Shown: positions 1-9,320 of the stretch, piece by piece
Layout of the letters: each line of letters starts with the position of its first letter
How positions within the stretch are numbered: the stretch's first letter is position 1
Source of the DNA: Bacteroidales bacterium UBA3754
GTDB lineage: Bacteria; Bacteroidota; Bacteroidia; Bacteroidales; UBA1715
Length of the DNA stretch: 64,000 nucleotides
NCBI GenBank assembly: GCA_002371705.1
Contig: DFGI01000066.1
Location: 4,472 to 68,471 of the forward strand
Reading direction: 5' to 3'
Notes under the pieces: generated by a model
Told to the model about the DNA's origin: nothing
The model's input: only the letters and a program-made list of their open reading frames with translations
The model's database searches: none
Made by a program: the position numbers and the translations under genes

Positions 1-293
1 TTACTCTGCCTCTTATCGTTCAGAAAATGTGTCATAACCCGGCTGATTTATTTGGCATAGAACAACGTGGCTATATTCGCAAAGGATATTATGCCGATTT
101 GGTTGTTATTGATTTACAGCAAAATACACCCGTTACAAAAGACACTATATTGTATAAGTGTGGATGGTCGCCGTTTGAAGGCACAACATTTTCATCGAAA
201 ATTGAAAAAACGTTCGTCAACGGAACTTGTGTGTATGAAAATGGTACGATTTTAGATATAACAAAAGCAAAACAAATAACGTTTAAACACTAA
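1..293 (+). CDS. Cyclic amidohydrolase (dihydroorotase-like), C-terminal fragment; the 5' end lies outside the window
   Basis: The open frame runs off the left edge. The visible tail (GYYADLVVIDL...FVNGTCVYENG) resembles the C-terminal end of dihydroorotase/allantoinase-type amidohydrolases. Fewer than 100 codons are visible. Confidence 0.5.
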   Translation, partial: TLPLIVQKMCHNPADLFGIEQRGYIRKGYYADLVVIDLQQNTPVTKDTILYKCGWSPFEGTTFSSKIEKTFVNGTCVYENGTILDITKAKQITFKH

Positions 294-304
294 AAAATAG
301 AAAT

Positions 305-2494
305 ATGAAGAAATACATTGTGCTACTTGGACTTTTTTTTGCAACCAATTCTCTATTTGCCGACGAAGGTATGTGGTTGCTGAATATGCTTGACAAATTA
401 AATTTACAGCAAAAAGGTTGCAAACTCACGCCAGAACAGATTTACAGCATTAACCATTCATCGTTGAAAGATGCGGTTCTTGGACTTTCGAACGCCGACC
501 GTCCGTATAATTTCTTTTGCACTTCGGAATTGGTTTCGCCACAAGGATTGCTATTCACTAACTATCATTGTGGATTCGATATGATTCAAAAGCACACCAG
601 CATCACCAATAATTACATAGAAAATGGGTTCTGGGCGATGAACGCCGACGAGGAATTGCCAAACGAAGGAATTTTGGCGACACGCGTGGTTGCAATGTAC
701 GACGTGACCGAACGGGTTCTGTTGGCTTTGAACGAAGCAAAAATTCCAATGCAAGATACTGCAGCTGTGTACGACGATGACAATGAAAAGGAAATTTCAC
801 AATCGTCGAAATCGATTTTTGAAAAAATAATTGCCAGTGTTACCGACACGTGTTCCTATGGCGCTTCGGTAAAATCTTTCTTCGAAGGAAATCAATACTT
901 CCTGTTTATCTACGAAACATTCAAAGATGTACGTTTAGTTGGCGCGCCACCTCGTTCAATAGGAAAATATGGCGACGAAACCGACAACTGGATGTGGCCA
1001 CGTCATACTGGTGATTTCTGCGTGCTTCGTGTATATACCGACGAATCGGGGATGCCATCTGAATATTCGACAAAAAATAAACCTCTTTCTCCGAAACATT
1101 ATTTGCCTGTTTCGCTAAAAGGTGTGAACGAAGGAGATTATGCTATGGTGCTTGGTTACCCAGGCACAACAGGCCGCTACCGTTGCGAAGCTGATGTGCG
1201 CGATTTTCTTCGCTTGGAAAATTCTACGGTAAAAATTATAGGCGATTTGTGTTTGGACACCTACCATAGATATATGGACAACGATACATCAATCTACATA
1301 AAATACACCGCAAAATATGATATGCTCAGCAACTATTGGAAATACAGCATTGGACAAAATAAAGGTATGAAAAATCTTGATGTTGCTGGACGGAAAAAAC
1401 AGCAGGAGGATACATTGAAACAATGGATTCTTGCCGATTCCAGCCGAATTGAGAAATACGGAGCCATGCTCGACACGCTTTCGTCCTACTACACCGAGAA
1501 TGCATTGCTCAACACACGGCTTGAATTTCTGAATATTGGACTTCTGAATGTGGTGGAATCTATGATGTTCGCGTACGATTGCATTGAAATCCTTGATGCT
1601 ATTGCCGCTGACGACCCTGTGGCGGTCAAGGAAGTTCAGGTTGCAATCAAGGATAGGGCAAAGAAGTTCTATAAAGATTATGATGCCAACGTTGACAAAG
1701 CACAATTTATCACACTAACCTACGGGGCTTGGAATAATCTGGGATATTACATCTATCGCCACAAAAAGTTCCCGTTGATGAAGAAATACCACGGCGATGT
1801 CGCAAAATATGCCGATGCGGTATGGGCGAAATCAGTATTTACCGACGAAAAACGCTTTAATGAATTTATAGAAAAACCTGATTATAAGAAATTTATAACC
1901 GACCCGATGTTCGGATTGCTCCGTTACACAATTAGTGAATATTTTAGAGTGAAGGATGCTTTAGACCATTCGGAAATTGATTCGGCACAAACACTTTATG
2001 TTGACGCAATTATGAAGATGAATCCTGATTCTTTGTTCTATCCTGATGCAAATTCCACCCTGCGTTTAACCTATGGCTCTGTTGCCAGCTACCAACCTTC
2101 CGATGGTGTTTCGTACAAATATTACACTACTTTGAAAGGTGTGATGGAGAAGAAGGACGAGAAAAAATTTGAATTCCATGTTCCTGCAAAACTCGAGGAA
2201 CTGTATAATGCAAAGGATTATGGTCAATATGCCGATGCGAACGGAGAGTTGCCGGTTTGTTTTATCACCACCAATGATATTACGGGCGGAAATTCAGGTA
2301 GTCCTGTTATAAACGCCAACGGCGAATTGATTGGGCTTGCATTTGACGGAAACTGGGAAGCAATGAGCGGTGATATTATATATGAACCTATCTTGCAACG
2401 AACGATTTCCGTTGACGTGCGCTATGTCCTTTTTGTGATTGATAAATTCGCTGGAGCAGGCTATTTGCTTGACGAAATGAAGATTGTGAAGTAA
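305..2494 (+). CDS. S46-family dipeptidyl-peptidase (DPP7/DPP11-like)
   Basis: 729-aa ORF with a signal peptide followed by the DEGMWLL motif. A C-terminal TGGNSGSPV...GLAFDGN catalytic-Ser region is typical of peptidase family S46. Confidence 0.85.
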   Translation: MKKYIVLLGLFFATNSLFADEGMWLLNMLDKLNLQQKGCKLTPEQIYSINHSSLKDAVLGLSNADRPYNFFCTSELVSPQGLLFTNYHCGFDMIQKHTSITNNYIENGFWAMNADEELPNEGILATRVVAMYDVTERVLLALNEAKIPMQDTAAVYDDDNEKEISQSSKSIFEKIIASVTDTCSYGASVKSFFEGNQYFLFIYETFKDVRLVGAPPRSIGKYGDETDNWMWPRHTGDFCVLRVYTDESGMPSEYSTKNKPLSPKHYLPVSLKGVNEGDYAMVLGYPGTTGRYRCEADVRDFLRLENSTVKIIGDLCLDTYHRYMDNDTSIYIKYTAKYDMLSNYWKYSIGQNKGMKNLDVAGRKKQQEDTLKQWILADSSRIEKYGAMLDTLSSYYTENALLNTRLEFLNIGLLNVVESMMFAYDCIEILDAIAADDPVAVKEVQVAIKDRAKKFYKDYDANVDKAQFITLTYGAWNNLGYYIYRHKKFPLMKKYHGDVAKYADAVWAKSVFTDEKRFNEFIEKPDYKKFITDPMFGLLRYTISEYFRVKDALDHSEIDSAQTLYVDAIMKMNPDSLFYPDANSTLRLTYGSVASYQPSDGVSYKYYTTLKGVMEKKDEKKFEFHVPAKLEELYNAKDYGQYADANGELPVCFITTNDITGGNSGSPVINANGELIGLAFDGNWEAMSGDIIYEPILQRTISVDVRYVLFVIDKFAGAGYLLDEMKIVK

Positions 2495-3403
2495 TTAGGA
2501 TTTTTTCACATAAATCCACGCTGAAGCATAGTCGGATTTTCCTCGAAGCTGTTGCACAAATCGTTGTGCTTCGGCTTTGTCGGCGAAAGCTGATACATAC
2601 ACTTTGTTGCGTTCTCCTTCGAGTATGCCTGAATTGTATTTTTTCTTCTGCAATTTTTTCGCAAATTTTTTTGCATTCGATATATCAGAAAATGTTCCAA
2701 CAACCACAAAGTATTTGTCCTCGATTGTAGCCGCAGGTTGCTCCACAGAATCCGACACTGGTTCTTCCACGTTAACCACAGACTTAAATTCGTGTGGACG
2801 GGGAACTTCAGGCAATGTGAAATCTGTCTCCACCTGCGTATGACGGAAAATTGATGCAAATTGCGGATTTTGCGAAACTTGCAAAATATTGGGTATCAAT
2901 AATGCACCAAATAAAATAGGTGATGCTATGAAAAGTGTCTTCGCAACACCAGCAATTGTTTGCGCAGTTGTTAGGTTAGATTTTTTTTTTTCGTCTTCCG
3001 ATAATTTATGTATCGAAAAATTGCGCAAACCAAACGCGTCGGCATTCCACGCAACAGACGACATGAACCTGCCATCTGGATGGATAGTACCCACATTTTC
3101 AATTATATACGGAATATTTTCTTTCAATGCTTTTTGTGCCGAGTCCGCAAATGTGTGTAATTCAGTTTGGATTATCGATTCTGGTAATTTTGTCTTTTGA
3201 GCAACAAATTGAACGAACGAATGCGAATCAGCACAATCGTTCGAAAATTCAACCACATTTTGCGGTGGCATGCAGGTGATGTCTTCTTCCTGAATCAAAC
3301 GCGCCGACTGACGACGCATTGTAAATGTTCCAACTTGGGGAATTGCCGCCGTTCCTGTTTCAACTAACGCTTGCCGAATGAGAGAAGAAAAATCCATATT
3401 CAT
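2495..3403 (-). CDS. HU-like N-terminal domain / SPOR-domain protein
   Basis: The C-terminal ~70 aa (YFVVVGTFSDISNAKKFAKKL...VYVSAFADKAEAQRFVQQLR) fit a SPOR peptidoglycan-binding repeat, and there is one central TM segment. I prefer the ATG at 3403 over the TTG at 3418, because a TAAATTTG -7 box (3416-3423, minus strand) overlaps the TTG. Confidence 0.6.
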   Translation of the reverse strand: MNMDFSSLIRQALVETGTAAIPQVGTFTMRRQSARLIQEEDITCMPPQNVVEFSNDCADSHSFVQFVAQKTKLPESIIQTELHTFADSAQKALKENIPYIIENVGTIHPDGRFMSSVAWNADAFGLRNFSIHKLSEDEKKKSNLTTAQTIAGVAKTLFIASPILFGALLIPNILQVSQNPQFASIFRHTQVETDFTLPEVPRPHEFKSVVNVEEPVSDSVEQPAATIEDKYFVVVGTFSDISNAKKFAKKLQKKKYNSGILEGERNKVYVSAFADKAEAQRFVQQLRGKSDYASAWIYVKKS

Positions 3404-3521
3404 TTTTTGTGAATACAAATTTACCTTCCTCCACTATTTGGAGTTCAAAAAAGCGGAATGAGTTATTACTCAGTTATTAACAAGCAATCTGTATGCTTGA
3501 TTGCAGGCGGAATAATACCAT

Positions 3522-4547
3522 TTATTTCTCGCGAAGCACAATGCCATTCGTCTTGTAAAATACCAACGAATCGGCTTGGGCGTAAAACATTACGGCATCA
3601 TATTGCGGATGGTTGACAAAGAATAGCTTTGATTGTTCCACACCCATCGCCATGCATGCAGTGGCAATGGCATCAGCATCAATACATTCATCGGCGATGA
3701 CGGTAACGCTCAATAAGTCAGATGGATATGATTCTCCTGTGTGTGGATTGACCGTGTGCGAATATTTTTTCCCGTCGTTGTAGAAAAACTTGCGGTAATT
3801 TCCCGATGTTGCCAATGATTTATTATCTAAAATAACCGCAATGTCGCTTTGCAATGCAACTGGCAGATTATCAATTCCTTCCTCTGGACGGGTTATACCG
3901 ATAATCCATTTCTTACCTTTTGTGTTCACTCCTTTCACACGCATTTCGCTTCCCACGTCAACCAAGTAATTTTCCACACCGAGCGAATCAAGATGGTGCG
4001 CGATTATGTCGCTGGAATAGCCTTGCGCATTGGCGTTTCCCGTTATCTGCACACGAGGGTCGGTTTTAATACATTTGTCGCCTTCAAGTTTGATTTTATC
4101 CATTCCAACAAATTGTAAAATACTATCAATCTGTTGCTTATTCGGCAACTTATGATGGGTAGTGTCAGGTCCGAAACGCCATGCATTCACAAGTGGTCCA
4201 ACGGTAATGTCGAACATTCCATCGGTGAGCTTGGAAATTCTTTGCGATTGTTCGAAAAAATATCGAAACTGTTGATTGGTGCGCACCGTGGAATCGTTGT
4301 TGTTTATTTTTGAAATGATTGATTCATTAATATATATGCTAAACGTTGTGTCGAAATTTTGTAGAATGGAATCGAATTCCGTCTTTCGCATTTTTGTGTC
4401 CTGATACAGAACTCGATAATACGTTCCTTGCGCAATGCCAGTTACTTCTATATATTTTTTAGGTTCGGTGTGGCACGAGCAACAAAACAAAACAGCGACA
4501 ACTCCAAGGAGACATCGCTGCAATTTTTTATAATTGACGTTCATCAT
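3522..4547 (-). CDS. apbE: FAD:protein FMN transferase (ApbE family) lipoprotein
   Basis: ApbE-like sequence throughout (FDITVGPLVNAW, SLATSGNYRKFF...HTVNPHTGES). I prefer the start at MMNVNYKK (4547), which gives a lipoprotein-type signal (LFCCSC) and removes the overlap with lpxA. Confidence 0.8.
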   Translation of the reverse strand: MMNVNYKKLQRCLLGVVAVLFCCSCHTEPKKYIEVTGIAQGTYYRVLYQDTKMRKTEFDSILQNFDTTFSIYINESIISKINNNDSTVRTNQQFRYFFEQSQRISKLTDGMFDITVGPLVNAWRFGPDTTHHKLPNKQQIDSILQFVGMDKIKLEGDKCIKTDPRVQITGNANAQGYSSDIIAHHLDSLGVENYLVDVGSEMRVKGVNTKGKKWIIGITRPEEGIDNLPVALQSDIAVILDNKSLATSGNYRKFFYNDGKKYSHTVNPHTGESYPSDLLSVTVIADECIDADAIATACMAMGVEQSKLFFVNHPQYDAVMFYAQADSLVFYKTNGIVLREK

Positions 4548-4548
4548 T

Positions 4549-5325
4549 TTACGGTTTTTTAATAATACCATTCGGTGAATTTTCAATAAAATGCAAGATA
4601 GAATCACGTTCTGCCGATTGCGGAATCTGGTTACGAACCATTTCAAGCGCATCTTTCATAAGAACGCCTTTTTGCAAGAAAATCATATGGTATATTTCTT
4701 GGATTTCGGCGATTTTTTCCTCCGAGAAGCCACGACGCGAAAGTCCTACGGAATTCACACCAATATATTGAATAGGTTCTTGGGCAGCTTTTACAAACGG
4801 AGGTACATTCTTTCTGATAAACGTTCCGCCTCCAATGAACGCATGGTCGCCCACAACCATAAATTGTTGCGCACCTGCCTTACCTTCGATAATCACGTAG
4901 TCGCCAATCACACAATGCCCTGACAAAGCTGCGTAATTTGCAAATATACAGTTGTTTCCCACAATACAATCGTGCGCAATGTGAACGTAACCCATTAATA
5001 AACAATTGCTTCCAACAGCGGTTTTCATTTTATCGACAGTGCCGCGGTGAATTGTAACGCATTCACGGATTACCGTATTGTCGCCTATTTCGGTGGTGGT
5101 ATGTTCGCCTGCAAATTTCAAATCCTGCGGAACGGCAGAAATCACCGCGCCTGGAAAAATATGGCAGTTTTTGCCAATCCGCGCACCTGGCATAATTGTA
5201 ACATTTGGTTCGATGATAGTTCCATCGCCAATCACAACATCATCGTAGATATACGAAAATGGTTTCACAACCACATCTTTGCCCAATTCTGCTTTTGGGT
5301 CGATATATGCTCCTACAGAATTCAT
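4549..5325 (-). CDS. lpxA: Acyl-ACP--UDP-N-acetylglucosamine O-acyltransferase
   Basis: 258 aa with hexapeptide-repeat left-handed beta-helix sequence and an LpxA-type C-terminal helical domain. It lies directly downstream of lpxC/fabZ. Confidence 0.9.
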   Translation of the reverse strand: MNSVGAYIDPKAELGKDVVVKPFSYIYDDVVIGDGTIIEPNVTIMPGARIGKNCHIFPGAVISAVPQDLKFAGEHTTTEIGDNTVIRECVTIHRGTVDKMKTAVGSNCLLMGYVHIAHDCIVGNNCIFANYAALSGHCVIGDYVIIEGKAGAQQFMVVGDHAFIGGGTFIRKNVPPFVKAAQEPIQYIGVNSVGLSRRGFSEEKIAEIQEIYHMIFLQKGVLMKDALEMVRNQIPQSAERDSILHFIENSPNGIIKKP

Positions 5326-5327
5326 CG

Positions 5328-6722
5328 TTAATTTGTTTTTTGTGTAATTTGTGCTTTAATTTCTCCTTCCGCCACAAGTTGTCCAGCAACGAAAGAATAC
5401 GCTTTCATATAGGCGATGCCTCTTCGAACTGGCAGAATCAACTGCAATTGGAACACAATAGTATCGCCTGGATAAACTTTTTTTCTGAATTTTACATTGT
5501 CAACACTTAAGAAGTACACCAAATAATCGGCGGGATTTTTTACGTGCGACAATGCGAACACGCCCACACACTGTACCATTCCTTCGAGCATTAGCACACC
5601 AGGCATCACTGGTTCAGCGGGAAAATGTCCTTGAAAGAATGGCTCGTCTGCTGTAACATTCTTAACGCCAATGACTTCGCTATCGGTAAGCGACACGATT
5701 TTGTCAACCAACTGGAATGGATAGCGGTATGGCAATAAATTTTTCAACGCCTGATTGTCATAAACAGGCTCTGCGTTCAGGTCAATTCTTGGTGCGGGAA
5801 CTTTCGGCGTTGATTTGATACATTTGCGGAGAATTTTTGCAAACTCAGTATTTGCCTTATGTCCTGGAATTGTTGCAATAATATGTCCTTTTATTGGACG
5901 CCCAACCAACCACAAATCGCCAATCAAATCAAGCAATTTATGACGGGCAGGTTCGTTTTCGAATGCCAACGGACTATTATTCAATACGCCTTCCTTCTCA
6001 ATTTTCACATCTGTTTTGTTGAACAAACTTGATAAACGGGAAATTTCTTCCTGCGAAACAGGTCTGTCAACAAACACGAGGGCATTGTCCAAATCGCCAC
6101 CTTTAATAAGATTTGCGGCAAGCATCATTTCAATTTCACGAAGGAAACAGAATGTTTTACAGCATGCTATTTCAGTGCCGAAATCCTTTAAATCGCTCAA
6201 ACTCGCAAATTGGTTGCGGAGCATAAACGAATCGTAGCTGATTTTCACGTCAACACGGAACGTGTCACTTGGATATGCAATAATTTCCACTCCACGTTCG
6301 GGTTCCGTATAAGTGACTTTTTCGGTAATTTCGAAAAAATCAATTTCCGCCTGTTGTTCTACTGTGCCAACACGCTGAAATTCATCAAAAAATGGTTTCG
6401 CACTGCCATTCAATATTGGCACTTCGGGACCATTGACTTCAATCAAAGCATTGTTGATGTGCAGAGCGTGGAACGAAGCCATCATATGTTCGATTGTGCT
6501 CACCACTACGCCGCCTACGCCAATAACCGTTCCGCGGGCTGTGTCAACCACATTTTCCGCAAGAGCTGGAATGATTGGCTGTCCGTCCAAATCAATTCGT
6601 TTAAAACGAATGCCACTGTTGGGGTCGGCTGGACAAACCGTAGCTGTCACAACTTTCCCTGTATGAAGCCCTTTTCCCGAAAATGAGACTTTCTGAGATA
6701 AAGTACGTTGTTTCTCTGCCAT
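5328..6722 (-). CDS. lpxC/fabZ: Bifunctional UDP-3-O-acyl-GlcNAc deacetylase / 3-hydroxyacyl-ACP dehydratase
   Basis: 464 aa. The N-terminal half is LpxC-like (GKGLHTGK..., TIEHMMASFHA). The C-terminal ~150 aa are a FabZ hot-dog domain (PYRYPFQLVDKI...FFQGHFP...PVMPGVL). This fusion is characteristic of Bacteroidota. Confidence 0.9.
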   Translation of the reverse strand: MAEKQRTLSQKVSFSGKGLHTGKVVTATVCPADPNSGIRFKRIDLDGQPIIPALAENVVDTARGTVIGVGGVVVSTIEHMMASFHALHINNALIEVNGPEVPILNGSAKPFFDEFQRVGTVEQQAEIDFFEITEKVTYTEPERGVEIIAYPSDTFRVDVKISYDSFMLRNQFASLSDLKDFGTEIACCKTFCFLREIEMMLAANLIKGGDLDNALVFVDRPVSQEEISRLSSLFNKTDVKIEKEGVLNNSPLAFENEPARHKLLDLIGDLWLVGRPIKGHIIATIPGHKANTEFAKILRKCIKSTPKVPAPRIDLNAEPVYDNQALKNLLPYRYPFQLVDKIVSLTDSEVIGVKNVTADEPFFQGHFPAEPVMPGVLMLEGMVQCVGVFALSHVKNPADYLVYFLSVDNVKFRKKVYPGDTIVFQLQLILPVRRGIAYMKAYSFVAGQLVAEGEIKAQITQKTN

Positions 6723-6743
6723 ACGAATACTTTTTTAGTGATG

Positions 6744-6751
6744 CAAAAGTA
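6744..6751 (-). promoter_or_regulatory. Bacteroidota sigma-A -7 box (TACTTTTG) upstream of lpxC/fabZ
   Basis: Exact TAnnTTTG match on the minus strand, 22 nt upstream of the ATG at 6722. Confidence 0.45.
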
Positions 6752-6916
6752 GTCAATTTCCATTAAAATAAAAACAGAAAAAAGAGAATGTCACAAACCC
6801 AATCACGCAAGGGTTGCAAAGCATATTCTACCAAACTTGCTCGATTCAAACATAGGTTTGATGCCGAAAAGAAAATAAATGCCGGTATGATTGCTACATT
6901 ATAAATAGAAGTGCAT

Positions 6917-6955
6917 AAAAAAAGCACAACAGTCAAAACCGTTGTGCTTTTTTAT
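6917..6955 (-). terminator. Intrinsic terminator downstream of the 6972-7334 gene
   Basis: GCACAAC (6924-6930) pairs with GTTGTGC (6941-6947), and A/T runs flank both sides. Confidence 0.55.
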
Positions 6956-6971
6956 TTTTAGCAACAGTTGT

Positions 6972-7334
6972 TTATTTTTTCACACGTTTTGTTGCTTGTT
7001 TTTTAGGCTGCTGTTGGTTGTTGTTAGCTGGAGCAGTTTTGTCGGTTGTTGTTTTTGCTCTCTTTGTGGCCTGTTTCTTTTGTCCTTGCGAAGCATTGTT
7101 CTTTGACGGAAAACAAACGCCGCACGCTGTTTTACCTTGTTTAGTAGCCTCACTTACAGCCACAAGTTTCTTTGTCCCTGTGCAGTTTTTCATGTCAATG
7201 CATGCTTCTGACTTGTGGTAAGTTGTGGAACTTGAACAAATCCATACATTTTGTTGTTGTTTACAGATTGAAGTTGAACTGAGTGTAAACGAGCACAAAA
7301 GTGCGATTCCAAGAAAAATAACTAATTTTTTCAT
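6972..7334 (-). CDS. Small secreted Cys-containing, Lys-rich protein (YH..C...CxxC motif)
   Basis: A start at MKKLVIFLGIALL gives a signal peptide. A CAAAATTA element (TAATTTTG on the minus strand) sits at 7356-7363. The core reads WICSSSTTYHKSEAC...GKTACGVCFP. The basic tail carries a KKQATKR(A/V)K repeat. Confidence 0.5.
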   Translation of the reverse strand: MKKLVIFLGIALLCSFTLSSTSICKQQQNVWICSSSTTYHKSEACIDMKNCTGTKKLVAVSEATKQGKTACGVCFPSKNNASQGQKKQATKRAKTTTDKTAPANNNQQQPKKQATKRVKK

Positions 7335-7437
7335 CTGAGTAAATATTAAGTTTAACAAAATTAAAAATATATAGGTACTAAACAAATATAATGCCGTAAT
7401 TTTTAATCAAAAATCCATTTAGGTTAGATAAAATATG

Positions 7438-7445
7438 TACATTTG
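7438..7445 (+). promoter_or_regulatory. -7 box (TACATTTG) for the 7465 gene
   Basis: Exact TAnnTTTG match 20 nt upstream of the ATG at 7465. It lies inside the longer 7435 ORF, which argues for the shorter start. Confidence 0.45.
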
Positions 7446-7464
7446 CGAAACAAAAATTAAAGAA

Positions 7465-8346
7465 ATGAACTCTAAAACTGGTGTTATTTGTTTAGTTCTC
7501 GCCATTCTATTGGCATTGGGACTGGGATTTTTTGCGTGGCAAAACACACAATTGAAGTCTGAAATAGCTACGTTGCAGGATACTGTGGCTGTGGCACATG
7601 TTGAAAAAGCAAAATTGTTGAGCAATCTCGACTCGTTGGAGGTCGAAATTAGAAAGCAAGTTGCTGCAAACGAGGAAATGGATTCTGTCTTGGCAGAACG
7701 TCTTGCTGAAATTGAGCAAACTCGTGCGGAATTGGCTGTTGCAAAGGCTGATGCGGCTCTTGTGGAGAAGTACAAAAAACAAATCGAAGTGCTGCGTGCC
7801 ACTGCGGAACAATTCATCCGCGAAAACGATATGTTAAAACATAAAGTTGACTCGCTTGGTTTCGAAGATTCCATCAAAAAACGCAAAATCGACACGATGA
7901 CTATCATTGATTATCAAAAGACACAACAAATTGAGCAGTTGTCGGAAAAAGTTGAAATTGGTTCGCAGTTGCGGATTAGCGACATTGTGGCAAGAGGCTA
8001 CAACAAGAGTGGTAAGGTTGCGACAAAAGCACGCAGAACGGCAAAAATCGGCGTTTCGGGTACGTTGTTGAAAAACAATTTGGCTGAAGCTGGTTCCAAA
8101 ACATTGTTTATCAGAATCATTGCTCCAAACGGCACAGTGCTTACCGCAAGCAATATCAACCAATTTGATTTTGAAGGTAAAACAATTATGTACACCGAAA
8201 AGAAAGAATTGGGGTACAACAATGAAGATGTGAAATTTGAAATCTTCTACGACGCGTCAAACGAAGTATTGGAAATCGGTACGTACCAAATTTCCATTTT
8301 CTGTGGAGGAAAAGAAATTGGAAAATCTTCATTAGGATTACAATAA
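7465..8346 (+). CDS. Membrane-anchored coiled-coil protein, function unknown
   Basis: One N-terminal TM segment (VICLVLAILLALGLGFFAW), about 150 aa of heptad-like Glu/Lys/Leu-rich sequence, then a beta-rich C-terminal domain. Confidence 0.55.
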   Translation: MNSKTGVICLVLAILLALGLGFFAWQNTQLKSEIATLQDTVAVAHVEKAKLLSNLDSLEVEIRKQVAANEEMDSVLAERLAEIEQTRAELAVAKADAALVEKYKKQIEVLRATAEQFIRENDMLKHKVDSLGFEDSIKKRKIDTMTIIDYQKTQQIEQLSEKVEIGSQLRISDIVARGYNKSGKVATKARRTAKIGVSGTLLKNNLAEAGSKTLFIRIIAPNGTVLTASNINQFDFEGKTIMYTEKKELGYNNEDVKFEIFYDASNEVLEIGTYQISIFCGGKEIGKSSLGLQ

Positions 8347-8377
8347 AATTTTTAATATATTTGCAAGAAATAATATG

Positions 8378-8410
8378 GGAATCCCGAAAAAGCGGGATTC
8401 CTTTTGTTTT
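8378..8410 (+). terminator. Intrinsic terminator
   Basis: GGAATCCCG / CGGGATTCC 9-bp stem followed by TTTTGTTTTG, 30 nt after the stop codon at 8346. Confidence 0.65.
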
Positions 8411-8436
8411 GCACAAATTAAAGTAAACTTATATTT

Positions 8437-8910
8437 ATGGCTAAAATTTCATATGTAACAGAAGAAGGTTTGCGCAAATTGCAACAGGAATTGGACCAGT
8501 TGACAACAATTGAACGTCCAAAGATTTCTCAACAAATCGCAGAAGCCCGTGATAAAGGTGACTTGTCGGAGAATGCGGAATACGATGCTGCAAAAGAAGC
8601 TCAAGGTTTGTTGGAACTACGCATTTCAAAATTGCAGGAGACAATTATCAATTCGCGGATTATTGACGAGTCGAAATTAGACAATTCAACCGTGCAAATA
8701 TTGTCGAAGGTTACCATTCGTAACACAAAAAACAATATGAAAATGCAGTACACTCTTGTGGCGGAATCAGAAGCTGATTTCAAAAGCGGAAAGATTTCCA
8801 TAAATACTCCTATTGCAAAGGGACTATTAGGGAAGAAAGTTGGCGACATTGCCGAAGTGCAAGTGCCGGCTGGCAAAATTCCATTTGAAATAATTGAAAT
8901 AACACGATAA
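8437..8910 (+). CDS. greA: Transcription elongation factor GreA
   Basis: 157 aa with an N-terminal coiled-coil carrying the DLSENAEYDAAKE acidic tip, followed by a C-terminal GreA/B globular domain. Confidence 0.9.
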   Translation: MAKISYVTEEGLRKLQQELDQLTTIERPKISQQIAEARDKGDLSENAEYDAAKEAQGLLELRISKLQETIINSRIIDESKLDNSTVQILSKVTIRNTKNNMKMQYTLVAESEADFKSGKISINTPIAKGLLGKKVGDIAEVQVPAGKIPFEIIEITR

Positions 8911-8914
8911 TAGT

Positions 8915-9313
8915 ATGGCATCGATTTTCTCAAAAATAGTTGCTGGAGAAATTCCAGCGTATAAAGTCGCTGAAAACGACGAGTTTTTGGCTTTTTTGGA
9001 CATAAATCCAATGGCAATGGGACACACTTTGGTGATTCCGAAACAGGAAATACCATATATATTTGAAGTTGACGATGATTTGTTGGGTCGGTTGATGGTG
9101 TTCGCAAAACGCGTGGCTAAAGCCGTTGAGGCAAGCGTCACCTGTGCCCGCATTGGCGTTGGCGTGGTTGGTTTGGAGGTCCCACACTGCCACATTCATC
9201 TGATTCCGTTGCAAAACTCGGTGGGTGAAATGAATTTCGGAGGTCCAAAACTTTCCCCTTCACAAGAAGAATTGGCTGCAATGGCTCAAAAAATACAGTC
9301 GAATTTCAAATAA
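8915..9313 (+). CDS. HIT-family (histidine triad) nucleotide hydrolase
   Basis: 132 aa: IFSKIVAGEIPA...NPMAMGHTLVIPK...HCHIHLIP, which includes the histidine triad. Confidence 0.85.
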   Translation: MASIFSKIVAGEIPAYKVAENDEFLAFLDINPMAMGHTLVIPKQEIPYIFEVDDDLLGRLMVFAKRVAKAVEASVTCARIGVGVVGLEVPHCHIHLIPLQNSVGEMNFGGPKLSPSQEELAAMAQKIQSNFK

Positions 9314-9320
9314 GATGTAG

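Noticed and set aside
4548-4652. N-terminal extension of the apbE ORF (MRLKWFVTRF...)
   Set aside because: It overlaps the lpxA 3' end. The internal MMNVNYKK start gives a lipoprotein signal peptide and abuts the lpxA stop.
6723-6971. Absence of lpxD next to lpxC/fabZ-lpxA as an anomaly
   Set aside because: The gene order of lipid A genes varies among Bacteroidota, and lpxD may simply lie elsewhere. This is not informative from a single window.
7435-7464. Longer start (MYICETKIKE...) for the coiled-coil gene
   Set aside because: A TACATTTG -7 box lies at 7438-7445, inside this extension. The ATG at 7465 gives an N-terminus followed directly by the TM anchor.
8356-8363. TATATTTG box as the greA promoter
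   Set aside because: It lies upstream of the 8378-8410 terminator hairpin of the preceding gene, so it is more likely a chance match. No exact box lies between the terminator and the greA ATG.
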